From Pseudomonadota bacterium (GTDB lineage Bacteria; Pseudomonadota; Alphaproteobacteria; Rhizobiales; Hyphomicrobiaceae): a stretch of 64,000 bases of DNA. Below, one piece after another: positions 48,827-57,318 of this stretch. Position numbers and translations under genes: made by a program. The number at the start of each line of letters is the position of its first letter. Positions within the stretch are counted from its first letter, which is position 1. Where the stretch lies: positions 8,294 through 72,293 of the forward strand of contig JAEWIJ010000205.1 in NCBI GenBank assembly GCA_023387235.1. Direction: 5' to 3'. Under the pieces are notes generated by a model. It saw only the letters and a list, made by a program, of their open reading frames with translations, did no database searches and had not been told where the DNA came from.

Positions 48827-49117
48827 TCACGGAAATAGGTAGAGCAGAACGCGCGCCGCGATGAAACCGATGGCGAGGAACAAGACCGTTCTCAACAGTA
48901 GGCTCTCACCGACGAATATGGCGCTTGTGACGGCCGCGGCGAGGACGGCTGCTACAACAAGAAGCAGGAGAGCCTGGATTTGCGCGCGTGGCTCGTGCCG
49001 GTCGTCCTCCTCGATGATCAGAATGATTTGATCATACCCCGACTTGTGCTGCGGGGTTATGTTCTCTTGCTCGCGCGATGGACGTTGGTCGTCGGGAGAC
49101 ATAGCTTGGTTCCCCAA
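48827..49117 (-). CDS. small membrane protein (96 aa), paralogue 2, C-terminus ...VLLYLFP
   Basis: DQIILIIEEDDRHEPRAQIQALLLLVVAAVLAAAVTSAIFVGESLLLRTVLFLAIGFIAARVLLYLFP aligns along its length with paralogue 1. Confidence 0.55.
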   Translation of the reverse strand: MGNQAMSPDDQRPSREQENITPQHKSGYDQIILIIEEDDRHEPRAQIQALLLLVVAAVLAAAVTSAIFVGESLLLRTVLFLAIGFIAARVLLYLFP

Positions 49118-49144
49118 AAATGTGCCAACAGCAATGGTGTTCAG

Positions 49145-49474
49145 TTATCGATCGTCTAGTGTGGAGTCCTTGTGCCTGCGCCAAGCCTCAGGATGCATCA
49201 AGGGGTTGATGCTCGCCGGTGCTCCCAGCGATTGCCATTCTTCCACGTCGCGCGCAACTGCGTCGGTTACTCGGGCGAAGTTCCAGTCGTCCGGCGCGAG
49301 GCTTTCGCTAACGGCATCGATGGGACGAGCGCCAGCGAGTTCCCTTAGGGCGGAGGTTGCGTCGAGATGATCCGATATCCAGCGCAATTTCAGGTTGAGG
49401 TCGAAGATCAGTGTCTTCATGACGGGCAATCGCTTTTTCGAGCCGGCTCTCTTGGCTGCGGAATATCGGGCCAT
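49145..49474 (-). CDS. hypothetical soluble protein (91-109 aa) upstream of the two miniprotein genes
   Basis: It has the same strand and lies 27 nt upstream of 49117. An alternative start is at 49420 (MKTLIFDLNLKLRW...). No family recognised and no clear RBS. Confidence 0.4.
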   Translation of the reverse strand: MARYSAAKRAGSKKRLPVMKTLIFDLNLKLRWISDHLDATSALRELAGARPIDAVSESLAPDDWNFARVTDAVARDVEEWQSLGAPASINPLMHPEAWRRHKDSTLDDR

Positions 49475-49758
49475 CTAGTCGTTCGGTGAATGCGTCACCT
49501 TAGGCGCTATGCGGTTCGATTCGAAGGACAGATAGCACGCCTTCACCTGGAATGGCGGTTGAAGCGAGCGCACACCATGTATTCAAGCGTGTAGTTGTGT
49601 GCTGGATTTGCATCTCTTTGTGCATTGCCAACCCTTATTCTCACTTGGTGCCTTGACGGTCGCGGAGCAGTGGCCATGAATTCGCCACGGTGTTGGCTCG
49701 CGCCTGCCCGAGGGAAGACGCATAGCGCGGTGCTGCGGGACTGTGATTGGGGGCTAGA

Positions 49759-50289
49759 ATGCATATAGGGGCAGTTGGTAGGCGGTGGCTGACGTTGCTA
49801 TGCGGTGGCGCCGCGATGATGGTCGTGCTCGCGCCTGGAGAGGTTCTGGCCCAGCAGCCGACTGGCGATGCGATGATTTCTCTTCAACAAGTGATCGCCG
49901 CTAACGCGAACACTCCGAAGCAAATCTGCCCGGCAATTACCCCCCTCCTGCGTGCAGATCCAAGCGCCGCGAGCGCCGTGATCGAGAACGCCCAGGCTCA
50001 GCCGACGTTACTTGAACCCCTGTGCGAGTGTCTTTCTCGCACCCAGGCCGCGTTGAAGCAGTCTGACCCACAAGGCGCCGAGATCGTGGCGAAAGCCGTC
50101 GCCACTGCGAGCCCGGCCTTCCAGGCTTGCTACGCCGTCGCGCAGGCGCCAGGCGAGGGCGGAGGCGGTGGCGCTCAAACCGCCGGAGCAGGTACGCCGA
50201 GCGGAGGTGGAGGCGGGGTAGCGCCCTTTAGCCCGGTGGGGTTTGCGAATGTGGGCGGATTTGGTGGTGGCCCAGCCAGTCCAAACTGA
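49759..50289 (+). CDS. secreted hypothetical protein with 4 Cys and a Gly-rich tail
   Basis: The signal-like RRWLTLLCGGAAMMVVLAPGEVLA is followed by an Ala/Gln-rich body and GEGGGGGAQTAGAGTPSGGGGGVAPFSPVGFANVGGFGGGPASPN. Confidence 0.55.
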   Translation: MHIGAVGRRWLTLLCGGAAMMVVLAPGEVLAQQPTGDAMISLQQVIAANANTPKQICPAITPLLRADPSAASAVIENAQAQPTLLEPLCECLSRTQAALKQSDPQGAEIVAKAVATASPAFQACYAVAQAPGEGGGGGAQTAGAGTPSGGGGGVAPFSPVGFANVGGFGGGPASPN

Positions 50290-50595
50290 CGATGGCTCCA
50301 GACCATAGCGGATTCATGCTGGGGCGTGAATGTGAGGATGGGGCATCGAGAGGCCGTCTTAATTTCCTCAACGCGACATTGATCTACGTGTTGCCAGTGG
50401 GCAGATTGACTTAAGATTGGGTGGTAGTGCGTGCGCTGGTGGGATGTGTGGATAGAGTTCGGAGCGCGTATGTGAATGGTTTGCGGCTTTAGCGTTGCCC
50501 ATTGGGAATGCAGTTTGGGACGGCAGTGACGCCGTGCAATGTACGGATTGCACCAGCGCGCGCTTATTGTTCTGTTGTTTCGAGGAGGTAGCCTC

Positions 50596-50682
50596 ATGTT
50601 GATTGCGGTGTCGGGGGCTGTCGGCGCTACTGATGGGCAGAACGTTCCTCGGCAGAGTCGCATGGGTGGTATGTTTCGATGA
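50596..50682 (+). CDS. candidate 28-codon leader ORF upstream of the polysaccharide export gene
   Basis: A consensus AGGAGG (within GAGGAGG) lies 7 nt upstream of the ATG. The stop TGA (50680-50682) overlaps an in-frame ATG (50679) of the export-gene ORF (ATGA). Peptide: MLIAVSGAVGATDGQNVPRQSRMGGMFR. Confidence 0.3.
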   Translation: MLIAVSGAVGATDGQNVPRQSRMGGMFR

Positions 50683-50747
50683 ATTATTTCGCCGTTTTTG
50701 CGCGCTCTGCTAAGCAGGTATCGTGTCGTCGGCCAGGCGTTGTCTAC

Positions 50748-51395
50748 ATGGCCCACGTGCTCTCTCGAGCGATATCGAGTTTCTGTGCCGCAGTTCCGAT
50801 TGCGACCGCAGCTGGCGCTGTTCTGTTGGGCTTGAGCGCGTGTAGCGATGCACCGCAACTTGGGTCAGCGGTGGGATCGCTCGGAACCAATCCTGCCCGT
50901 TCAGGTGGCGGGGCTGGGCCTACGAAAGGAACTGGGCCGCTGATCAAGTTGCAGGCCGGGGACAAGATCAAGCTTACTGTTTTCGGTGAGGACAAAATCT
51001 CCGGTGACTATGAACTCGATCCGAGCGGTTATCTATCATTGCCGCTTGCCGGGACGATTCCGGCGGCAGGGTTGTTCAAGACCGAGCTTGAACAGGCGAT
51101 CTCGACGAAGTTGAAGTCAAATTACCTTCGGGATCCGAAGGTCACAGTCGATGTTGCCAGTTATCGCCCGATCTACGTTTTGGGTGAGGTCCAGAAGCCT
51201 GGGGAGTATGCGTACCGAAGCGGTCTCAACGTGTTGAGCGCGATCGCTGTTGCAGGTGGTGTGACTTATCGAGCCAGCAATTCACGAGTGCTCATTCAGC
51301 GCTTCGGTGAATCGAGCCTGAAGGAGCATGCATTGGATGCGGGCGTTCTGATCATGCCGGGCGATGTTGTGCGCCTGCCGGAGCGCTACTTCTGA
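50748..51395 (+). CDS. polysaccharide export protein, Wza/GumB-like lipoprotein (Poly_export plus SLBB)
   Basis: The lipobox-like LLGLSAC is followed by DKIKLTVFGEDKISGDYELDPSGYLSLPLAGTIPAAG... and YVLGEVQKPGEY...AGGVTYRAS. A longer start is at 50679. Confidence 0.82.
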   Translation: MAHVLSRAISSFCAAVPIATAAGAVLLGLSACSDAPQLGSAVGSLGTNPARSGGGAGPTKGTGPLIKLQAGDKIKLTVFGEDKISGDYELDPSGYLSLPLAGTIPAAGLFKTELEQAISTKLKSNYLRDPKVTVDVASYRPIYVLGEVQKPGEYAYRSGLNVLSAIAVAGGVTYRASNSRVLIQRFGESSLKEHALDAGVLIMPGDVVRLPERYF

Positions 51396-51632
51396 TGGTG
51401 AATGGCCCACGGATTTTGTGGCGAGATGAGCACATGGCTCAAGTGTTTGTCGGCCGATCGCCAGAAGCACGGATGCCTGGGTGTTGCACGTTACTGAGAG
51501 CTGATAAGCTGACTTAGAAAACATCAAGAATACAACGGGCCGGTCGATTGAGCTCTATGTGCTACTCCCTCGCAGGTAGTGGAAGATTCGATGTTTTGGC
51601 TTGAGCACTTATCGAGATGAGGGGAAGTCGTC

Positions 51633-52958
51633 TTGCTCGGAGCAAGGACACAAGGCAGTAGAGGAAACTGGAAGGCCGTTGCGGCTATCGCCAGCCTGTT
51701 TCTTACGTCTTCCGCATCGGCTGAGAATTTCGGTGCAGGTACGCAAGGCTGGGACCAGAAACTTTACTACTCGTCCAGGCACTCCCTTCCTACCAATCCG
51801 ATCGATGGGCCGTCGCGTGAATACACCGGCGTGCCTCTCGGCGATTGGATGGTCTATGCCAGTGTGCTGACTGGCGTTGTCTGGGATGACAATGTGTTTC
51901 AAGCGAACCAGCACCCGACGAAAGACTGGGGTGCACGCTTTAGGCCTTCGCTAGAGATAGTCCGGAATAACGGCATTCACAAATCAACGGTCTATGGCTT
52001 CATCGATGCCAGATTTTACGGTCAGGAAGATGATGCGAATGTCGTAAATGGAAACCTCGGTGCGAGCCATGTTTGGGAAGTCCAACGGGATTTTGTGATC
52101 AAGGCCGACCTGGATTATGCCCGCCGCACCGACATCAATAATGCTGGAACTCTGCTCACATCAACGGGGCCTGTCACGATTGTCAGTCCTCTCGATTACG
52201 GTATGACCAGCGGCTCGTTGTCCGCGCAAAAGTCGTTTGGCCCCGTATTCGTCGCACTGGGAACGGTTGTGACCTGGACGAACTACGACGACGTGACCGA
52301 CACTTTGGGACAACACTTTGATCAGGACTATCGGGACCACGCCATTTACACGCTCTCCGGTCGAATCGGCTCGTGGTTTAGTCCGGTTTTCTATGCATTT
52401 TTGGAACCGTCGCAAAACTGGCGTCGCTTTCGCTACAGCGGCTTCGATTCCGAGGGGCAGCGCATCGTCGCCGGCGTTGGATCAGACCGTATCAGCCTTT
52501 TCCGCGGTGAGTTGTTTGCTGGCTATCAACGGCAGGAATATAGCGATCCCGCCATAGCTACCATCGAAGGCACAGTTTTGGGGGGGCGCCTCTTCTGGTA
52601 TCCGACTCGGGACTTGGTAATCGCCTTTGATGCAGACCGCAAACTCGGCGATTCCACCCTACCCAGTCCTGGAAACCCGTTTGGTTCTCCTGTGGAGGCA
52701 ACGTCTTTTGCCGCCCGGGCGGACTATATACTTACCGATACTTGGTCACTTTCCGCTCGCTTTGGCTATACGAACATTGAGTATAAGGATTCGGCACGTT
52801 CAGACGATCAGTGGGTGGCTGGAACCACGATGAGCTACTATATTTGGCGCAACATGGCCGCAACGTTCGAATGGCAGTACGTAAATCTCCAGTCCAACTT
52901 CGAGGACAACAGCTTCGAGCGGAATGTCTTTACGCTCGGGGCGACGTATAAGTACTGA
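51633..52958 (+). CDS. outer-membrane beta-barrel protein associated with EPS loci
   Basis: Signal peptide (AVAAIASLFLTSSASA), an alternating amphipathic pattern, and the C-terminal FTLGATYKY aromatic terminus typical of OMPs. Confidence 0.7.
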   Translation: MLGARTQGSRGNWKAVAAIASLFLTSSASAENFGAGTQGWDQKLYYSSRHSLPTNPIDGPSREYTGVPLGDWMVYASVLTGVVWDDNVFQANQHPTKDWGARFRPSLEIVRNNGIHKSTVYGFIDARFYGQEDDANVVNGNLGASHVWEVQRDFVIKADLDYARRTDINNAGTLLTSTGPVTIVSPLDYGMTSGSLSAQKSFGPVFVALGTVVTWTNYDDVTDTLGQHFDQDYRDHAIYTLSGRIGSWFSPVFYAFLEPSQNWRRFRYSGFDSEGQRIVAGVGSDRISLFRGELFAGYQRQEYSDPAIATIEGTVLGGRLFWYPTRDLVIAFDADRKLGDSTLPSPGNPFGSPVEATSFAARADYILTDTWSLSARFGYTNIEYKDSARSDDQWVAGTTMSYYIWRNMAATFEWQYVNLQSNFEDNSFERNVFTLGATYKY

Positions 52959-53002
52959 CAACACGTGTACCCTATCTCCGGCGATCTCACACGTATTGAA
53001 CA

Positions 53003-54469
53003 GTGGGCTGCGTGTGTATGCGTACTGAGCGAAGAACGGATAGCGTTCGAAAGCCACTTCATTTGTCGGCTCGCTCACATAATAACCAGCTCTCGCCCGC
53101 GTTCGACGCGAGCATTTGCGCAGCATTGGTCGCGGGAATTGCCGTCGCGCCCTTCTGGCTTGGAGGAAATCGCCCCATCGCGTGGGCGATTAACGCGCTA
53201 TGGGCGTGCGGGCTGGTCATAATCTATGAACTCAGAATTGCAATGCAGGGTGGGGCGCATCCGGTTGCTCTACGCAGGGTCTGGCCCGCAGCTGCGGCCT
53301 TGGCTGCGACGGGTTTATGGGGCGTGGCTCAGATGTCTAGCTGGGTTCCTTTGACGTATCAGAATCCGATTTGGGGCATGGCTCGAGAGGCTCTCGAGTT
53401 GAATGTATCTGGTAGCATCAGCGTCAACCGCGATGCGACCGCATTGGCGCTGTTGCGACTCGTGACGGCGGCTTGCGTATTTTGGCTTGCGCTGCAACTT
53501 GGTCGCTTCGCGTGGCGCGCAATGCTGATCGTTCAGGCGGTCGCCGTCATCGGCTTCGCCTATGCACTTTATGGCTTGGTGGCGTTTTTCGCTTTTCCGA
53601 AGACAATCCTTTGGTTTGACAAAGTCCATTATCTCGATGCGGTGACCTCCACATTCATCAATCGAAATTCTTACGCAACATACGCCGCCATTGGGTTGAT
53701 TGCCTCGGTGGGTGCTGCATTGAGTGCCTTTGCAGCGGGCGCGAACAGAGGGGGCGGCCGGCAAGCAGTTCGACTGATGGCATCTCTCACTGGACCGGCT
53801 GGTGGTTGGTTGGCAGTTGGTGCCATCATTGCCTTGGCGCTGGTCCTCACGGGGTCACGTGGTGGCATCACGGCTGGATTTCTCGGCCTGGGTGTGGCGG
53901 CTGTCCTCTCGGTTATGCTGAGACGGAACCGTCGCAGTACAGCTGCTGTGGCGGCAGTCCTTGCGCTGCTTATGGTTTTGGGGATTGCCTTAACTTTTGG
54001 CGAGCTTCTTGCAACTCGCCTTTCCGCACAAGGATTTCGGGCGGATGACCGACTTGCCGTCTATGCTACGGTCATGATGTCCATTTGGGACCAGCCATTG
54101 CTCGGTTTTGGCTACGGCACTTTCGAGCACGTGTTTCCTATGTATCGGGATGCTCGGATTGATCCCATAGTCAAGTGGGACAAGGCACACAACACCTACC
54201 TTGAGGTCTTCCAAGGCCTTGGTATCCCTGTTGCTATCCTGTTTATCGCGGGTGTCGGCTCCTTAATCTGGAGAACCTTTCGCGGAGCGTTGGGGCGCCG
54301 CCGCAACGTCACGATCCCGATCGTTGCAAGTGCGGCATCCGTTGCTGTTCTTGTCCACGGCCTCGTTGACTTCAGTCTTCAGATCCAGGGGGTAACCTTG
54401 ACTTGGCTGGCACTCCTCGGCGTCGGAGTAGCGCAGTCGTGGTCAATGGAGTTGGATGTGGGCTCCTGA
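53003..54469 (+). CDS. O-antigen ligase / Wzy-family polymerase-like membrane protein
   Basis: Multi-TM with TGSRGGITAG...LGFGYGTFEHVFP...KAHNTYLEVFQGLGI (Wzy_C-type). Confidence 0.78.
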   Translation: MGCVCMRTERRTDSVRKPLHLSARSHNNQLSPAFDASICAALVAGIAVAPFWLGGNRPIAWAINALWACGLVIIYELRIAMQGGAHPVALRRVWPAAAALAATGLWGVAQMSSWVPLTYQNPIWGMAREALELNVSGSISVNRDATALALLRLVTAACVFWLALQLGRFAWRAMLIVQAVAVIGFAYALYGLVAFFAFPKTILWFDKVHYLDAVTSTFINRNSYATYAAIGLIASVGAALSAFAAGANRGGGRQAVRLMASLTGPAGGWLAVGAIIALALVLTGSRGGITAGFLGLGVAAVLSVMLRRNRRSTAAVAAVLALLMVLGIALTFGELLATRLSAQGFRADDRLAVYATVMMSIWDQPLLGFGYGTFEHVFPMYRDARIDPIVKWDKAHNTYLEVFQGLGIPVAILFIAGVGSLIWRTFRGALGRRRNVTIPIVASAASVAVLVHGLVDFSLQIQGVTLTWLALLGVGVAQSWSMELDVGS

Positions 54470-54522
54470 GATGCGCCGTGCTTGGGTACTAAGGAGGGAG
54501 TGGTCCTGACGGCAGGTCGCGC

Positions 54523-55197
54523 ATGAAATTCTTGAGCCGAGTTCTAGTCATACTTTCGATTTTAGGAGGCGCGCTCGCGGGCGCTGGCTTCGGGGGCGTG
54601 CTGCTGGGCTTTGAGCTGACCGCTGAGCCTATTCCCAGACGTGCAGTGGGAGATGTTCCTGTCAGCCGATTTGCGTTCCAAGGCCAACCGTCCGAGGTTG
54701 GTGCGGAAATGGCGCGGTGGAGCGGGTTCGTCGGTACGCTCAGTGCAGCGCGCGCGCTCGTAGTCGAGGCTTCAGCACAGTCGATGAATCTGCATCGGCG
54801 AATGCTCGATGCGTCGCGCAGCCTCGAGGTGCAGCCCACCGCCGGCCTCCTTTGGGTAGAGTACGCAAGCCTCGGACACCGTCTCGGCATTAAATCGAAT
54901 GCGATGGTGCGCGCATTGGAGATGGCATCGGTCACGCAGCGGCGGGAGGCTAGTACGATGTATTGGTGCTCAGTCCTGACGCTTGCCCTTTGGAAAGATA
55001 CTGACGGAGTGCAACGATCGAGGGCTGTCGCCAATTTGGGTGAATTGCGGGCTCGCGGTTGGCTTGGCGCAGAGGAAAAGGCAATTGTGGCACGTGCGCT
55101 TTCCGAGAAGGCCGCGATAGAGCGCAGAGAAATATCCGAGCACATTGTTGCGAAGCTGAGTGAGCCTGCGGTTTTTCTGAAGGAGTTGGGTCTATGA
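54523..55197 (+). CDS. hypothetical N-terminally anchored helical protein within the EPS locus
   Basis: One TM (VLVILSILGGALAGAGFGGVLLGF), then a helical Ala/Arg/Leu-rich domain. No family recognised. Confidence 0.55.
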   Translation: MKFLSRVLVILSILGGALAGAGFGGVLLGFELTAEPIPRRAVGDVPVSRFAFQGQPSEVGAEMARWSGFVGTLSAARALVVEASAQSMNLHRRMLDASRSLEVQPTAGLLWVEYASLGHRLGIKSNAMVRALEMASVTQRREASTMYWCSVLTLALWKDTDGVQRSRAVANLGELRARGWLGAEEKAIVARALSEKAAIERREISEHIVAKLSEPAVFLKELGL

Positions 55198-55220
55198 CCT
55201 CTGCACGGATGCCAGAGGTC
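55196..55220 (+). terminator. stem-loop immediately after the stop at 55197 (8-bp stem, 9-nt loop, short TT tail)
   Basis: GACCTCTG (55196-55203), cacggatgc, CAGAGGTC (55213-55220), then ttcagg. The U-tract is weak. Confidence 0.35.
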
Positions 55221-55551
55221 TTCAGGTCGCGCCGCGGCGCGGCGCGCATTTGCACTAAGATGACGATAGTGAGACGGAGGCCAAATCAATCAGGACGTGT
55301 GCCTATGTGCCGGAACTGCATCTCATTGTGCATAATGACCTCCTCAATGTCACAACACAACTTGACTACGCCGCAGCCGTATGGCGGCTTCTCCTGAGAA
55401 TTGGCAGCGGCCAAACGGATTACTTGGCTTGTAGGAGCAGGTGCCTTGGAACTCTATTGAAATGCTTCTCGCCCTGCTCGGCGGCAGTGATCCCAGGGCG
55501 TTTTCTGATAGAAAATCATCGAATTGTAAGGGTATTTGTGGGGGACTTATA

Positions 55552-57000
55552 ATGTTGGGCGCGGGGTCGACTGCCGACAGTGCAATTGAAGTTCGAGATG
55601 CCGCAAAAGATCAGAGCTGTCCAGGCCGCGTACATCGGATTTCGCTGCACAAAGCCGTGATTTTTCTTCTAGTCGCGGATTGCATGGTTCTCGCTACATC
55701 GGGGATGGCCCCAATCTTAGCCGAGTGGGTTCGGATTGGCTTCGAGCCCCCTACTATGAGTGCGGAGATTGTCGCTCTGGCGATAGCTCTGTTTCTTAGT
55801 TGTCAGTTCGCCTTGGGTGCGTACAAGCGGAAGCGTGCTCTGGTCATGGGGCAATCTTTGCGTCGAGCATTGATCGCACTCTTCGTAACGTTTTCACTGA
55901 TTTTCATGCTGGCAGCTGCTGCTAAGGTTACGTCCGGATACTCGCGACTATGGTTCTTTTCCTGGATGATCGCCAGCTTCGTTGGTATTTCCGTTTTGCG
56001 CTGGCTTGTGATCGGACGGTTTCAGTTCGAGCTCGCGTCGGGTGCATATGTTCATCGATGCGCGGCGCTTGGTGTTTTAGCTCAGCCCTTGTCAGATGCT
56101 GAGATCCGCATTCGGTCGCAAAGTGCCTCTCGGGTATTTGTTTCTCAATCGTTCAGCGAGATTTACGACCTGTTGGCTTTGGATCAGCTCGTCAACAAGC
56201 ATCATCTCGATGAGGTCTACATCTCAGTGCCATGGAAGCAGGCGCCTAGCGTGTTCGAGGTGCTGAACCGCCAGCAGCATGTTTCCGCAAATGTCTATGT
56301 GTGTACGACAGCGGACGAACACATCTCACCCTTGCTCGACGCGCGTATGGTTGATGGCCGTATACAGCTCAAAGTGCTGGATAGGCCGATTGACGGATGG
56401 CATTCGGTAGGTAAGCGGATCTTGGATCTCGTGGTTGCCTACAGTGCGCTAGTACTGTTCGCTCCACTCATGGCGTTCGTTGCCGTTGCCATCAAATTGG
56501 AGAGCCCGGGTCCTGTGTTCTTCCGTCAGATGAGGCAAGGGTTTAATGGCCAGGCTTTCGAGGTGCTGAAATTCCGGTCGATGCGCAATGACAAGACCGA
56601 TCTGCGTGCTGATCGCCAGACGAGGCGTGGTGATGACCGGGTTACGCGTGTTGGACGCTTCATTCGCCGCACAAGCATCGATGAGCTCCCGCAGATCTTT
56701 AATGTCATCTCGGGTGAGATGTCGATTGTCGGTCCGCGGCCGCACGCCTTGGGAACGACTGCCGAGGGTCAAACCTTGAATGCCGCGGTTCGGGAGTATG
56801 CTCTGCGCCATCGCGTTAAACCAGGCTTGACAGGCTGGGCGCAGGTAAATGGCCTTCGCGGCGAGTTGGATTCGATCGAGAAACTCCGTCGTCGTGTGCA
56901 GTTCGACATCAGCTACATCGAGAACTGGTCGATCGGCTTCGACTTAAGTATCATTCGAAAGACGCTATTTCTGGTGCTCCGCGATCAGGCTGCCTACTAG
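55552..57000 (+). CDS. polyprenyl glycosylphosphotransferase (initiating sugar transferase, WcaJ/ExoY-like, TIGR03023/03025-type)
   Basis: C-terminal catalytic domain KRILDLVVAYSALVLFAPLMAFVAVAIKLESPGPVFFRQMRQGFNGQAFEVLKFRSM...DELPQIFNVISGEMSIVGPRPH. The longer ORF starts at GTG 55441. Confidence 0.85.
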   Translation: MLGAGSTADSAIEVRDAAKDQSCPGRVHRISLHKAVIFLLVADCMVLATSGMAPILAEWVRIGFEPPTMSAEIVALAIALFLSCQFALGAYKRKRALVMGQSLRRALIALFVTFSLIFMLAAAAKVTSGYSRLWFFSWMIASFVGISVLRWLVIGRFQFELASGAYVHRCAALGVLAQPLSDAEIRIRSQSASRVFVSQSFSEIYDLLALDQLVNKHHLDEVYISVPWKQAPSVFEVLNRQQHVSANVYVCTTADEHISPLLDARMVDGRIQLKVLDRPIDGWHSVGKRILDLVVAYSALVLFAPLMAFVAVAIKLESPGPVFFRQMRQGFNGQAFEVLKFRSMRNDKTDLRADRQTRRGDDRVTRVGRFIRRTSIDELPQIFNVISGEMSIVGPRPHALGTTAEGQTLNAAVREYALRHRVKPGLTGWAQVNGLRGELDSIEKLRRRVQFDISYIENWSIGFDLSIIRKTLFLVLRDQAAY

Positions 57001-57318
57001 CGTCACTCACTCTGCGTACCGATTGGGATCCCGCTTTGTCTTTGTTGTTCAAAAATGCTAGCGCACACGACAGCGGTGTTGTTTGCGGCCGAGATAGCAA
57101 GAACTGCGATCGTCCTTGCCGGCAAGATTCTTTCGGTGCTGCCTACCGTAGGCGACTACCATGACGACGCTCGTTCTGAGCACAGGTTATGTCGCGATGT
57201 TGGCCCATGTAGTTCGGCCGGTTAGGTTTCCAATCGATGGCGCGATGCGCGAGCGCAACCGAAATGTACTTCGGGGTGTTGCGTGTCGACATTCCCCACG
57301 GCCGATCGGAATTGACTG

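Noticed and set aside
49513-49522. GGTTCGATTC, a T-loop-like sequence that might indicate the intact tRNA partner of the 36345 remnant
   Set aside because: The flanking bases cannot form a T stem or acceptor stem, and there is no similarity to the 36345-36394 core.
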